This document shows positions 48,677 through 61,719 of a stretch of DNA of 64,000 nucleotides, piece by piece. Source of the DNA: Curvularia clavata (Eukaryota). The DNA is taken from positions 3,844,001 to 3,908,000 of the forward strand of contig CP089275.1 of the NCBI GenBank assembly GCA_023920165.1. The letters are read 5' to 3'. Positions within the stretch are counted from its first letter, which is position 1, and each line of letters starts with the position of its first letter. The notes under the pieces were generated by a model. That model was not told where the DNA came from, made no database searches, and saw only the letters and a list, made by a program, of their open reading frames with translations. Position numbers and translations under genes: made by a program.

Positions 48677-51497
48677 CGTATCATTGATCATGAAAGGAGA
48701 CATAGGCTATTTAGTGATGCTCAAAAGCAGGAGCAGGAAGAGAACGTTCGTTATATGATAGTTTCAAGAAGATCATCTTGACAGTACCACATATCAGCCT
48801 GTTGTACCGTGCTAGTATATGGTGTGTTGCGGTGTTACATAACTAATCCAATCGCGTCGACGCACATGTGAATCATATCATACTATCAACAGAGAGGTTT
48901 CTATGTATAAGCTTCATCCTCGCATCTTCAGTGCGGATTGGTCAGCAGAGGATCCTTGAGGGAAGTAGATAGCCATTCGATTTATCCTACGCCTACGGTC
49001 GTATGCATCGCCCAGAGATACTTACCCTAACATACATACGTTCGAGTAAGAACGTAGCACTATCACAAACAACCTGGTCAAGTAGGCAGTTCAGAGCTCG
49101 CTGTCGTACCCTCAGTCTATACACTCTCCTATCGCTTCTCTGTCTCTTGGTCCAGTCGCCGATGTTACCTCAGTTACTTTGGAAAAGCAATCCACGTAAT
49201 TTGAGTATGACAAGTCATTTATCTTTTTCTCTTGAAATTCAAACTCTAAAGTCTTTTCATCGCGTAGACAAGAAAGCGACAGCACGTACACATGACCCAA
49301 CGAACAAACAAACCACCAACCACACACGAACGTAAAATTAGCAAGGAGAGAAGAAGAAACACAAGAAGAATACACTAACCCTACCTTTGCACATCACGAT
49401 CGCGATCCCATCGAGCATCACCATCGCGATCGAAATCTCAATCACGATCTCCCAGGGCAAACAAATGCTTATATGCCCCTACTCCATGGTACCAGACCTT
49501 TCTTCTTTCTGCTTCCCCTCTTTATCCCCCGTATTTCCTTATCCCCCTCATTCCTTTTCCCGCCTCGCGCCCAAACTCCCGTCCGTTATCTCAGGCCACC
49601 TACCGGCCAGACCAGGCGCCTCCCCCTCGCAGCTCTCCAAGGACGACCCTGGCCCCCGCCTTACTAAACCGAGCTCGCCAGTGCGCGCGAGCGCCCCCAC
49701 CCAAATATACCTGAAACACCTTCGTATGCAACGCGCTCAAACCCGATAACCCGCGCAAGATTGAATGAGAACCCAACGATCTAGCTAGCTCATCCAGCCC
49801 CACAACAACGCCCTAATCTCATGTAATGTAAGATAAGCAAGCGCGCAGACTCTAGGTGAGCAAAGCAAAAAAAGGTGAACCGCAAAGATGCTGTAAAAGC
49901 AAGCTCGGTAATGGGAAATTGGAACATGAGCCGAAGAAGAAATGAAGGCGATGTGAAAAGGAAGCCCTCACACTTCCGTCAGTGGCTTCATCACACAGAC
50001 CCAAAATGTACAATGCAAGTTCAGCCACCACGCACCATCTTCACTCCTCTGCCCAGGATTTCCTCCATTCCCCAGGCGACCAGCCCAAAAACGTCGTGCG
50101 CGCCCGCCACCCAGCCACCACCAAGATGCATGCCAACGGTAGGATAGTCAGGTACCAACCCGAAAAAGCAAAAGGGTACGGTACATGGGGACATAAGAGT
50201 AACGGCAGTTTCTGAAACACAGATGCACGGAGCCCACTTGGGAAGCTATGGTAAGTACCCAGCTAACCGACAGATGCGACCGACCATGCACCGCCCACGT
50301 GTTGGTTGGAGCAAGCGGGGTACGGTGCGAGATCCGAAGGAGGTGGATGGGGAGGGGGGCAAAAGAAGGTACGGGACGGCAGTTTGATGCGGCGAAAACG
50401 TACACGGAGAAGGTTTGTGCGGGATAAGTGTTTTTTTTTTGGCCCGAACGCGTGGCTAGCCGTGCCGTCTTGCAAACTTTGGGCGGGAAGAATGAGATTC
50501 GGAGGGAAACATCTAGATAGAGATTGATAGGTAGGTACGCGGATAGTGAGATAAGCTACCCCCGGCAAGCTGAGTAGATGAAAGCGGGTGGGAAATGAGA
50601 TTGAAGAAAAAAGAGAATGCGGAGCGCTGCGGCGGAGACAACAAGTCGGCGATATCAGAGACGCAGAGTCAGAAAGAGAGCAAGGACAAGAGGTGATTTC
50701 CCCTCCGTCAAAGGCCGATGGGAAATTGTTCAAGGGCCCGATGAGATTACCATCATCAAACGGCAAGCCAATAGACGTACACTCAAAGACACGAGGACAA
50801 CAGGTCGAGGCATTTCTGAATTTTTTTTATGCATTTGCGATGATAGAGTAATTCCAAGTATTAATACACCACAAGGCCAGAAGGCCAGCGGGAAAGAAAA
50901 GGCACGAGCGTCAGCGCAGGTTGTTACATCTTTCCTCCTTTGATTGGCAGTCAAAATGGTGTGTGTATATGTCTCCAAACAACTAAGGCCCCCGACACCC
51001 ATAACTTTTGTGAGCAAGACTATGCCGCCAAACAGCTAGGATATATCCAACGAGAACAAATGAGCGCTCTGGCGGTGGCGCGACGACAACGCAGGAAGAA
51101 GAGTGAAATGAAGAAAAAAAGAAACAACAGCGTAAAACGATGAGACGAAAAAAACAGCAAGGGTACTCATGTTCGTAGTGTCATCACCAAGCCTCGAGAG
51201 CCAATTTTCGGTGATTGCACCGTCCATTAGTTCCGAAGTGGAAGAGAAATAGAAAAAAAAAAAAGAAGAATGAACAAGGTGGGATGCGATGCAATGCAGC
51301 AAGCACTATGCCCGAAACAAGACACAGATCGGTCTAGGAGATTAAAACACAAAGTGGAAAGGGAAGAATAAAACAACAAACAAGAAACAAAAAGAGGTAT
51401 CCTTCTAGATGGCTGCGCCTGGACTACGCCGAGATGCTCATTTCACATGTGTGACGTCGTGACGGTTGGGTTGGTGATGGGCAAGAACGGTTTGCAC

Positions 51498-53861
51498 TCA
51501 GTAGTGGCTGCCCGCCATCAAGCCATGCTGTGGCGGCGCCATGGACATTCCTAGTGATGGGCCAGGAATGTCGTTGATAGAGTGGGAGAGACCCGAGAGG
51601 TAATCGTTGCCAGATTCAGGCGACAAATCATCCTCAAGCGACTGAAGGTGGTCTTCTTCGCCTTCGAGGTCTTCTTCTTGGTAATCGCTCAGCGGCTCGC
51701 CGTCAGCGCGGGGCTCGTGGGTGCGACGATGTCTAGTGGAGCAGGTTAGCATGTGGCTTTTTTTGTGTGGATAGCTGACGAGCCAAGGGGAGGCATACTG
51801 GGCAAGGTTGTCTGAGCGCGAGAAGGCCTTGTTGCACAACGGGCACACATATGGTCGTTCTTGTGTGTGGGTACGCACGTGTCTAAGCGCCGGTGTCAGC
51901 GTCTATGCAGAACAACAAAAATAAAGTGGAGCAGGGCTTGATGCGGTGAAACACAGGTGAGGGAGATTGCGGGCGCTTACCTCTTGAGGTGTTCTAATCT
52001 CTTGAACAGACGACCACATGTGGGAATTGGGCAGGAATGAGACTTCTGAGGGTAGGGGCCAATCTCCATCATAGTGGCACTTCGTGCGCGCCTAAAGATG
52101 GGACCGGCTGTACCAGCGGTACGAGCAATGGCGCTGTGCTGCAGAGGGCTCTCGAACAGCTCGCCGTTGACGAGGTTGTTGAGGTCGTCCTGCTGCAGGG
52201 GAGCGGATTGGGGCTCGGGGTCCTCCTCGACAGTGTTGAGAGGGGTTCCTTGGCGGGACATGTCGAAGGCAGGCTTGGACTCTGGCATTTGAGGAGCAGA
52301 GTAGCTTGCACCGTTTGTGCTGTTGGGAGAATTGTGTGTGCTCTCGTCAACCTCAGCCAAAGGAACAACAGAGCTCGACATGGACCTCCTCAAGTCACTG
52401 GGGCGGTGGACCTGGTGGGCACCGGCACCGGAAGCAGTGACGGCGGCAGCAATGCCTGCAGACAGAGAAGAACGCCTTCTTCGCTGCTTGTAGGTAGGCG
52501 AGCCCTCGATGACCGAGTAGACGTTACCAGGAGCAAAAGGCCGCGAAACACCTGGGTAGCCAGGACCCATGAGGTTGGATGGGGGGATGTTCATCAGCGG
52601 GTTGAAGGTGGTAGGAGCAGGAAGATCTGGGATGGCACTGTAGAGGCCAGTGTCCTCGTTTGCAATGTAGGCAGGCTCAGCACCAAGGCCAATCTGGTGT
52701 TGAGGAGGTGTCAAGGGCTCAAAGGACATGCCGCGAGTGCTGTAGTCCTCGTAATGAGAAGAGACAAAAGAAGGTGCAGGCGAGTACTCCATGTAGGCAG
52801 GCATGGAGCTGTGGCGCTGGTGAATCTGAGACAAAGGAATACCGTTGCGGTCGTACTGGAAGGACTGGCTCATCTCACGCTGCTCCCTGCTCTTGACAAT
52901 GGTGTTTGGCATGGAAGGAGCCATGGACATTTGCTGGTGGTAGTGAGCCATGGGGTCTTCGGTGTGCATTGGTTGCTGCATGGCGGGCATGGACTGCTGC
53001 ACGGGGACCATGGTTGGTGGGGGCATCGAGTCCATGCTTCGCATGTCGGGCGATGTGGTGGGGTACGACGGCTGCACGTTGTTGTTGAAGGACGAAGAGT
53101 TTGTTTGTTGCGCCTTTGTGAGCTGCTCGAAGAGCGACTGGGATGAATCGAATTCAAAGGAAAGAGCAGGCTCGCTGACGGCCATGGTGGTGGCCTCCTG
53201 GCCCATCTTCTCACGCTTCAAGTCGCGCTCGAGGGCATCGAGGAAGAGCCTGTCGTGGGGCACACTGTACCAGTAAAAGACTTTTTGCTTCTTCTGTGTG
53301 CGGATGCAGTTGTTCTTGTAGAGAAAGTCAAGGAAAGCGCTCTTTGGCTCTTCGAGCGAAGCATCTGTGCCGGACTTGAGGTTGCGCAAGTCTGAGAAGA
53401 TACCCTCTTCGAACTTCTTGGAGTTCTTGACGGGACGGCCAAAAGCCTGGAATCTGAATGACAGGCATCGTACAATGTCTGTGCCTGAGATATGAAAGAG
53501 GTTGTTCCTGGGCTGGGTTAGACAAGAGTGGCTGGTGTTGTTGTGGTGATGAAGGGGACTTACCAGAGAACGCAAGAGACGTACTCGCCGGTGGGGAGCA
53601 GGAAGCGGCGGATGTACTGGTCTGGTTGCCAATCTACGGGTGCAGAGATGAGAAAGTACTTGACTGTAAGGCAAGTGTGTCAGCGAGTGTTTGGGGGCCA
53701 AGCGGGAGGGGAGAGGACATACGGTTGTCAACCTGCTGCAGGGCGACGACACTGTCTGGCGGCAGGCTCTGCTGGGCGTCTTGATCGAGCAGGAAAGTCT
53801 CGGGTGCGACGGAGCGTGCCTGAGGGGGCGGCATCTGGGCGTGGTGGGCGGATGGATACAT
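51498..53861 (-). CDS. STE12: Ste12-like transcription factor (STE homeodomain plus two C2H2 fingers)
   Basis: LKYFLISAPVDW, KKFEEGIFSDLRNLK, CIRTQKKQKVFYWYSVPHDRLFLDALERDLKRE, CPIPTCGRLFKRLEHLKRH, CPLCNKAFSRSDNLAQH. Introns 53664-53722, 53508-53563, 51883-51980 and 51733-51798. Confidence 0.96.
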
Positions 53862-54559
53862 GGTGCGCTGCAACACGATCCTCTTGTGCAATAATGGTGT
53901 TTGGGAGTGGGAACGTCAGACGCGCTGGGCCCGAGGATGGTTGGGCGGGGGAGAGATGCAACGCAAACAGGGAGGAAAGGGTCGTCGAGGACCTGCCAGG
54001 ATCGAAAACGAAAGAGTGTCAGGTTATGTTTAAAAGGAGTAGGATAATCAAACGCGCGGTGGTGCCGTCGATAATAAAAACGTGAGGAACCTGCCTCAGA
54101 TAGCAGTCTCTGTCTTGACCACGAAGGTACGGCTTTGGGAGGGGGATGCGAAACGCAAATCTGAGGGGGCAGCGGCAGCTTTAGGTGTCGGAGGGCGAGT
54201 GAAACAGGAGCCTAGTCGTCTCACATTGATCTATTTCCGCACGCCAGCCAGCGGCATGGCCTGTGCGCATAGCGCGGCCAATTGGGGCTCCGAGGGCCCC
54301 GCCAGCGCCCCGGTCGCCCGCAGGGATCATGGCGACTCGTGGGACGGCCGTCGTGCATGCGTTGGCCACGGCGCCCGAGGGCTGGCTAACGAGCTTGGCC
54401 TGGCCCGCCGCTCGTGTGCTGTGCGTTGTGGGTGGGCGGCCGGGCCTGTGTGTAGTAGTCGTGGTCGTGGTGAAGGGTGCGATCGAGTCTGTCCTGCCTG
54501 CCTGCCCCGGTAGGAGCGAGTGCAAACGGGCGGCCATGCATCTGGAAGGTGCGTCTGGT

Positions 54560-54720
54560 CTTGCTTGCTTGCTTGCTTGCTGCTGCCACTTGCGTGGGTC
54601 GCTCTTCCCTTGTCCGCAGCGCCCCGACTGCCCTCGCTCCTGCCCGGCCTGCCTCGCTCCTGCCTGCCCTGCCTGCTTGCTTGCTTGCGCCCGCTCGCTC
54701 CTTCCTGCTGCTGCTACTAC
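54560..54720. repeat. (GCTT)n/(GCCT)n tetranucleotide microsatellite cluster upstream of STE12
   Basis: ttgcttgcttgcttgcttgc and gcctgcttgcttgcttgc read directly. Confidence 0.7.
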
Positions 54721-57700
54721 ATACACCTCATGTTGGTCCGTCGGCCAACGCCGCCTTCTGGGCCTAGCTCGCTCCCTCTCGTCGATTTGGCTCCGTCTCC
54801 AGACAAACCTTACTGCAGTTGCGTCAGTCGACCTCGTTGATCTCGCCGCCTTCGTCATGTACCCATCCGTTCACGGCCAGGCCACACGTGGACGCCCTGC
54901 AAAACCTTGCTCAGCTCGCTATACAAGTAGAGTTCGGCCACACACCGTCCCATGGTATCCACAGCCACAGCCTATCTTGTCTTGCCCACCTGCGACATTT
55001 TCTTCTTGCCGCTGCTTGCCCACCGTCACATGAACACGTTGCCGCCCCTGCCCACTGCATCTCCATAGCACGCACATACTACATACTTCTGCTGCTCCTA
55101 CTACTACATGCCTCTGCTACTGCACAAGACATACTACTCGACTAGCCCTTTGATCTTCGTCTACCAAACACGCGCCCTCCTGCCCTCCTCCCCCTCCCCC
55201 ATCCTCCCCCATCATCTCATCCACCACAAGGTCTGCGCTATTGCTGCAGGTACATCACGCCCTGCACGCTACTGCTACAGCCTGCACGCTGCACCGTCTT
55301 TCAAATCCTTAGTCTGTGCGTCGCAGCACCACGCTACCCAGCCTCGCCGCTCGCTGCTCACCACCATCGCCTCCTCCACTCTCTGAGCGACAGACCGACT
55401 GAGGTGCGTCTAGATGCAGGAACCACCACAACCAACCCTGCCCGCGAGGTTTGATCTTCATCTGAAACAAGGCCCTAAGCCCGCCTCGCGGGAGCGCCCA
55501 TGGCCTCTTGCAAATCCCCTTCACATTGCTCTCTACCACTACCTGCCTGCCTGCCTACATACACTCAGCTTCAGCCAACTCACTCTCACCCAATTGCTGG
55601 CCTGTCGCCGTTCATCCAGCGTCTCCTCAACCATACAATCACAGCACTGCGAGCCTATACACAGACTTGCTTCTGCTCGGCGTCACGCTTCGCCCGCCCG
55701 CCCGCCAGTCAAGTGTGGGAGCGGTTTCAGATTTTCTTTTTGGCTAGCCGACAGCACCCGACCGCCTCGCCCATTGGTCGGGGAACTCATCGCTTGCCTC
55801 GGCCATACTCCCCTCCTGCGCGCAAGCGCTGCCCGCTTCTGGACAACATGGATCCCCGTTGCTCCAGCATTCATGCGTTGGAGTAGACCCTGATGTCACT
55901 GGCACTGTCTTCCTAATCTGACGCCAGCCCACCTCTTGCTTACCACCCAAACAGTGGAGAAAGCTGCTACTGCTACTCAGCTCGACTGCCCACCCGCACC
56001 TGGGCACATCCACGCACACGCGCACTCATTACCAATTACTTACTGGGGTCCTAATAACTCTACGCCACTCAATCTTCCATCCGCTCCCAGACTCGCCCCG
56101 ACCACCAGTCCATGCTCGCTGACCGCTCTCTCCTTTCGCCTTCTTCTCATCCTCCTATATCTACATGGCCTGCACCTATATCGCACACGCACCCCCATTA
56201 ATTCTTGACCTTGGGTAGTAAAAACATGGGGCCCGTTTCCGCAAACGCTTGCGCCCGCCAGTGGAACTAGCAGTGCCGTTGCCGAAAACAATTTCCCGCC
56301 CTGCCATCCTCTTTTCACTAGTCATGATACAATTTTGCTCGGAGCAAACAGCCATTTCGGTTCGCGTGAGATTGTACCTGCGTTAGTGGTCCTAGAAGTC
56401 GCATTTCTGAAACCTATTGGCCCTTAGGCCGACTGCCGAAACGGGTGACGACGTGCCGGTCAAAAGTGGACTGCCCGGCTTCGCTAACACGTCCGTCTTC
56501 GAATATGACATGATAACAATGTCTGCCCTTGGCCTTAATGTTTGTCCTTATAGCTCGTCAGCCACTTAGACGCACGTGGGTCCAACGTGTTCCCCACCGA
56601 TATATCGATCAAGTCCAACGTGCCATGATTCAAGCTACAGATTATCGCCTTGCAGAAGGGCAACGCAAGCCTAGAGCAAGCCCACATCCGTATTCGGCCA
56701 GACGTTAGGGCTTCGCCAACCGTCGTTTTTGGCGACTTGGTTCATCACCCCCAAAGCAGTCGATGAGCCTGGCAACTCTAGCCGTTGCCAGCCACAATCA
56801 ATACTTCTATACCCCCTTTTCGGCCGCGTTTGGCTTGTCAACGTGGGCAACCCCATGCGGCCCCAAGCAGTTCGGACGGGTAAATGCGACAAACTGTCCC
56901 CATCACCGCTGATCTGTCCCTGCCACCAGTTTACGGCAGGCATGACGAGCGATGCCACTATCCATACCCAGCCCCGGTGCCTGCAAAGACCCTGCAGCCG
57001 AGCTTGCCTCGTTTGCGCGTCTGCTGTTTCCGTGGCCGTTGATCAGCCATGCGTGTATCAGATATTGGGCGTCTGTATCAGCAGACTGCTGCCAGTTTCA
57101 TGTCCACTCGTCACTTGCACAGAGGGTCCATCGCCACAACGTAATCATCCTATGTCGGGATGATCACACTACGCGACGGGTGGATCTGGAGATCAGTCAG
57201 TCTTCGGTCATTTCGCCGCTAGTCCAATGTAGAACACAGCATAGCAGTATGCTTCCATCGCGATCTTGGTTGACAATGTCCGCCGTCTGCATCTCAGGTG
57301 TTGCACAGGACTCCCTTCTCCCCTTTTGTACATTGAACAAACTCCTTCTGGAACGCTTCTATTCCTGCACAACTGCTAAGTTTGACTTTACTAGTCGCAA
57401 TTGCGCCATCTTTACCGACAATATCATGCTGGTGACTATTAGAGTTCCCTAGCGGAGACAGTGGTCGACTAACGAAGCGAAGTCACCAGCTTGTCCTTAG
57501 TGTCCTCTTCATGCGGAATACATGACACATGGAAGATCCAAACCTAATTCCATGCCAAGCCACTGCCACCATTTGTAGAAGCGGCCCGCGTAAAAAAAGA
57601 GATAGCGTGTCAGTGCATTGTGTACTCGCGATTCCGCTTGCGGATCCTCAGCTTACCAGCTGACCGGAAGTGCGCCTGTTTCAGGTGCAATCGGCGACAA

Positions 57701-59081
57701 AGGTAAACCAGCAGGCAACTTCCTGCTTCTGAATACGGCCGCTAGTGGATCTCGGTTGAGACGCTCTCCCTGGACAGGTCAACAGGGCTGCCCATTCCGC
57801 GGAAACCCATCATGGCAGATTCCAAATACGGCCATCACAATTATCTGCACTTGAATCGGTAGTGCATAGCATTGCTCGGTGCAACCCGCGTACATCAGTA
57901 GATCCGGTTCTCGCGACACTTGCAGCCACATCGCGTGAATCGCGGTTATGCTATGGGAGATCCGTCGACGACTCAAGCTTTGTCAACCCTTTCAACTCAG
58001 GGGCAATGAGGACTAGTTGGCAGATGGCCCCACGGTGGAGCTTTACAATAGGCAAATGCAAATGAGGAATCGAACGATCCGCCGGTCACCACCGCTGAAC
58101 GGTCATTGTCGGGGAAACCATGGAGCAGCAGAGCCGAGTAGTTGAAGCGAGCAGGCGCACGAAACTTCCGAAGGGCGTCGGCAGTGGCAAATGCACAAAG
58201 GTGAGTTGGTGAGCCATGTAATTGAGTCTGATGGATACATGTCAAAAACACCAAGACTTGTATATAGGGGTCCGGGTTTGTCCCAGTCGAGCGTCCCAAC
58301 GGGTCGAAGAGTCCCTAAGGAGCCGTCTCCGATGGAAGGCGTTGTTCCCTACTCCCCAGGTTGGGTTTATCCTCGGGCACGTACTATCCCACGTACAAGG
58401 CCTTGGAGATGTGGCTATCGTCGTGTGCATAATCTTGGCCGCAGTGCGGCCGTAGTCTGACTGGGTGCCCCAGTCAATATAACTGTATACTAATCCCCGG
58501 TCTGGCTAACTATTCCCACCGGTGGCAAGCCGATTAAATGAGCATCACAAGTCGCCATTATACATACTGGGTGTACAAGTAAGTTTTTTTTTTGTCCAAG
58601 GGGTAGGGAAGTGAAGCGGTGTGTTCTAGATGGACCGATTCAAGGTTGTTATGAGCCGGTATATTGGTCATTTCCTGAGTTTTGAACGCCGTCTGCGTTT
58701 CTCCTCTAGCACGTGAAATTGTGCTGTAATCCGATGGTGCTTTCGAATACACTTTAATGAGATCTTATCCAGTGTTGATAGTTTGCAGAGCTAAAATGCA
58801 GCAGCAAACGTTGAATTATTTAGTTCAAGTCTCTAGAATGTAAACTTGTCATCTTGCTTTGTCCGAGGCTGTAGTACAGTATTTCCTTATCGGCTACTTG
58901 GCATAGAGAGGGGTTCTGCAAAAGATATCGCCTTTGATCCCTTGTGCAGAGCATGCAGATGCAGTTCGTCGTCAGGGAGCCCTTCCTGCAGGTGGGCCAC
59001 TAGCGCATCTTGGCAAAGCTGCCCACAGCAGCGAACGCAAGCCTCGCTGAGCTCTGCTCGGAACGACCACAAAGCACGCGA

Positions 59082-60585
59082 ATGGCCGCCGCATCCATGG
59101 TCCCTCTATTCACCGCGAGGGCCGTTTCGCCTTCCCATATCCCTGCAGTTCTTCCGCGCACGTCAATTGGCCTTCGAGGTATTTGGCCGCGAACGTCTGG
59201 CCGGCTGCCTTTGTATCCGGCGGCCTCACGTGCTTCTGGGACCTGGACAAGCAATGACGTAAAAAAATACCATCGTCCGACATTTGCAAAATCCCTGGCT
59301 TACAGGCCATGCGGTGATGGATATGCGGGTTTGTTCAGTACATCAGCTATACGGAGAGTGAAAATTGAGGATGAGACGAAGGAACAGGCTTCGAGAAATA
59401 ATACAGAGGTACGTAGCACTCTGTTGATTGACGAACTACTCTAAACATCGAGTATTGAATTTAAATCCAGTCAGCACAGTCAACACCCATGTTGTTTCTC
59501 TTGATTCAATTCAATATTCTGTTCAAAATTTTACAAACTGTATTGTGTAGAGATTGTCTACCTTCGTAATTCCATGCTTTTGCGTTTGTTCAAGACTCAT
59601 TCTCCTGTTAAATCCTCCATCTCAAAAGCAAATCATACAACCTGTAGGAACATACCATTCTAACAAAAACCAGCAACACGCTCCTCCAACCTCAACACCC
59701 GCCAAACTTGCCACAACCATCAAATCCACCCTGAAACTGGACAGACCTCGTCATGAACAAATTTACAACCTCCCCAACATGCTCACCTTCTCCCGGCTGA
59801 TAGCGACGCCTGCAGTCGGCTATCTCATCATCCACGACCACCATCTCTATGCTTTCTCCCTCTTCGCATACGCCGCCATTTCCGATCTCCTCGACGGCTG
59901 GATCGCTCGTCGGTGGAACCTCCAAACCGTCGTCGGCAGCGTAGTCGACCCCATGGCCGACAAATTCCTCATGACGACACTAGTAACCTGTCTCGCCGTC
60001 AACGGCAGCCTACCCATTCCCTTGGCAGCCCTGATTCTCGGCCGAGATGTCAGCCTCGCTATTTCCGCCTTATACTACCGCTACGCCAGTCTGCCCGCGC
60101 CCAAGACCATGGCGCGGTACTGGGACTTCAGCCTGCCCAGCGCAGAAGTGCACCCCACCACCATCTCCAAGTTCAATACTTTTCTCCAGCTAAGTTTGCT
60201 CGGAACCTTGCTTTGTACAAACTTGCTGCACGACCCTTCGGCCACCACCTCCGCGGCGGGCGGCCTGCTCCTGTCGATCCAGGATGCGCTCGGTGGCGAG
60301 CAAGGTGTCAAGACACTCATACAAGGCATGTCTGCCGTTGTCGCTACGACTACCATATACAGCGGCCTCGAGTACACGTGGTCCAAGAAGGCTGTCGTCA
60401 TCCTGGGTGGAGATGAGGCCCTAAAGAGGAAGCAAGGGTTCCGCGGCAGGATGATCATGGCCGCGGGCTTTGGCTCCTTCATTGCTGTTGCCGTATATTT
60501 TTGGTTTAATCGACGGGCTGAGGAGGAGCTTAAGGAGAAGGCGAATAGAAAGCTGAAGGTTAAGAGCGAGGAAAGAAAAGTGTAA
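59082..60585 (+). CDS. CRD1: Cardiolipin synthase (CDP-alcohol phosphatidyltransferase)
   Basis: IYNLPNMLTFSR, SDLLDGWIARR..GSVVDPMADK, PTTISKFNTFLQ. Exon 1 (59082-59408, presequence-like) joins via intron 59409-59673 (GTACGT..CTAAC..CAG). Confidence 0.92.
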
Positions 60586-61719
60586 AAGATGGGGGGGTTG
60601 TCGTCATCGTGTGTTGCCTTTTGAAAAGTCCTCTCTCTTGTCTTTTTGTATATTTAGAAACTGCAATTCTCGAGGGGAGTGCGCAGGTAGCGGCAGTAGT
60701 CCTTGGCTACAAGGCTAAAGATGAAGAAAATGAATAATCTCGAAGAAAAATTAACGAATCACCACGTGCTTAAAAACTACTTCTGTACATCACTTTCACT
60801 AGGATCCCCTCTTTTCCTTTTCCTCTGCTTTCTCTCTATCCCAAACAACTCCTACACCCACCTGCTCACCTACTCATCTCCCCTACTACACTAGTTCCCT
60901 TCTTCATCTCGATCCACACTTGCTTTCCCAGCCAAAAAAACCGTTTACCCGCTCCATCCACACTCGCTACGCACACACATCCATACCCACGGACGGACGG
61001 ACGGACTGTCGGTCGGGACACGGACGCGGACAGACCACCACCACACCCTCTTCGTATTTCTTTTCCGCGGGGCAACCACTTCCCCGTCCCTCCCACACGC
61101 ATTGTCTCTTTCCTCTTTTAGTACTCGGCTTGATCGGTACACGTGGCTAGTCTCTATTTTCTTTTCTTTCCCTTTACTTTTGGTTGTGGGGACTGGAGTA
61201 GTATATCATCCACACCCATTCACCCACACATATAAAAATATACGTCTCTGTCAGTACTGAGGTTTTTACAACGTTCATTCTTCGTCAATATTAGGGTAAA
61301 TGTAGTGTTATCTTACGTTTTCTGCGCGTATGGCTTTTTGAGGTGCACTGGTGGCATAAGTTAGTAGGCTAGAGGAGAAGGGAAAGTGAATATGGATGGG
61401 CGTCATCTGTCGTATTTTGATGCTGAACGGTGAGGTCAATCAAAAGCACGGGATGACTGGTGAATTTTTTTTTAAAGCACAAGCGAACATATATCTTAGG
61501 TACCCCAACTCTTCGTATGGGTTCTCGTTCCTCTCTTTACAAACAAAAAAGAATGCGAAAATAAAATAGAGATCATAACAGGTGAAAATCATTCTCACCA
61601 TACAGCAGCTTGGATACATAACTCGACTAATAACGGAGTGAACATGATATAAATATAAATAATACACTATATCTACAAGTCTTGATGATAAATTTTGGTT
61701 GCTTCTCTTCTCCTAATCC

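Noticed and set aside
49380..49800. Strand-skewed segment with a repetitive ITIAI-type ORF
   Set aside because: Lacks an ATG start and any recognisable domain, so a gene call cannot be supported.
52037..53146. 369-aa plus-strand ORF
   Set aside because: Antisense shadow of STE12 caused by codon bias.
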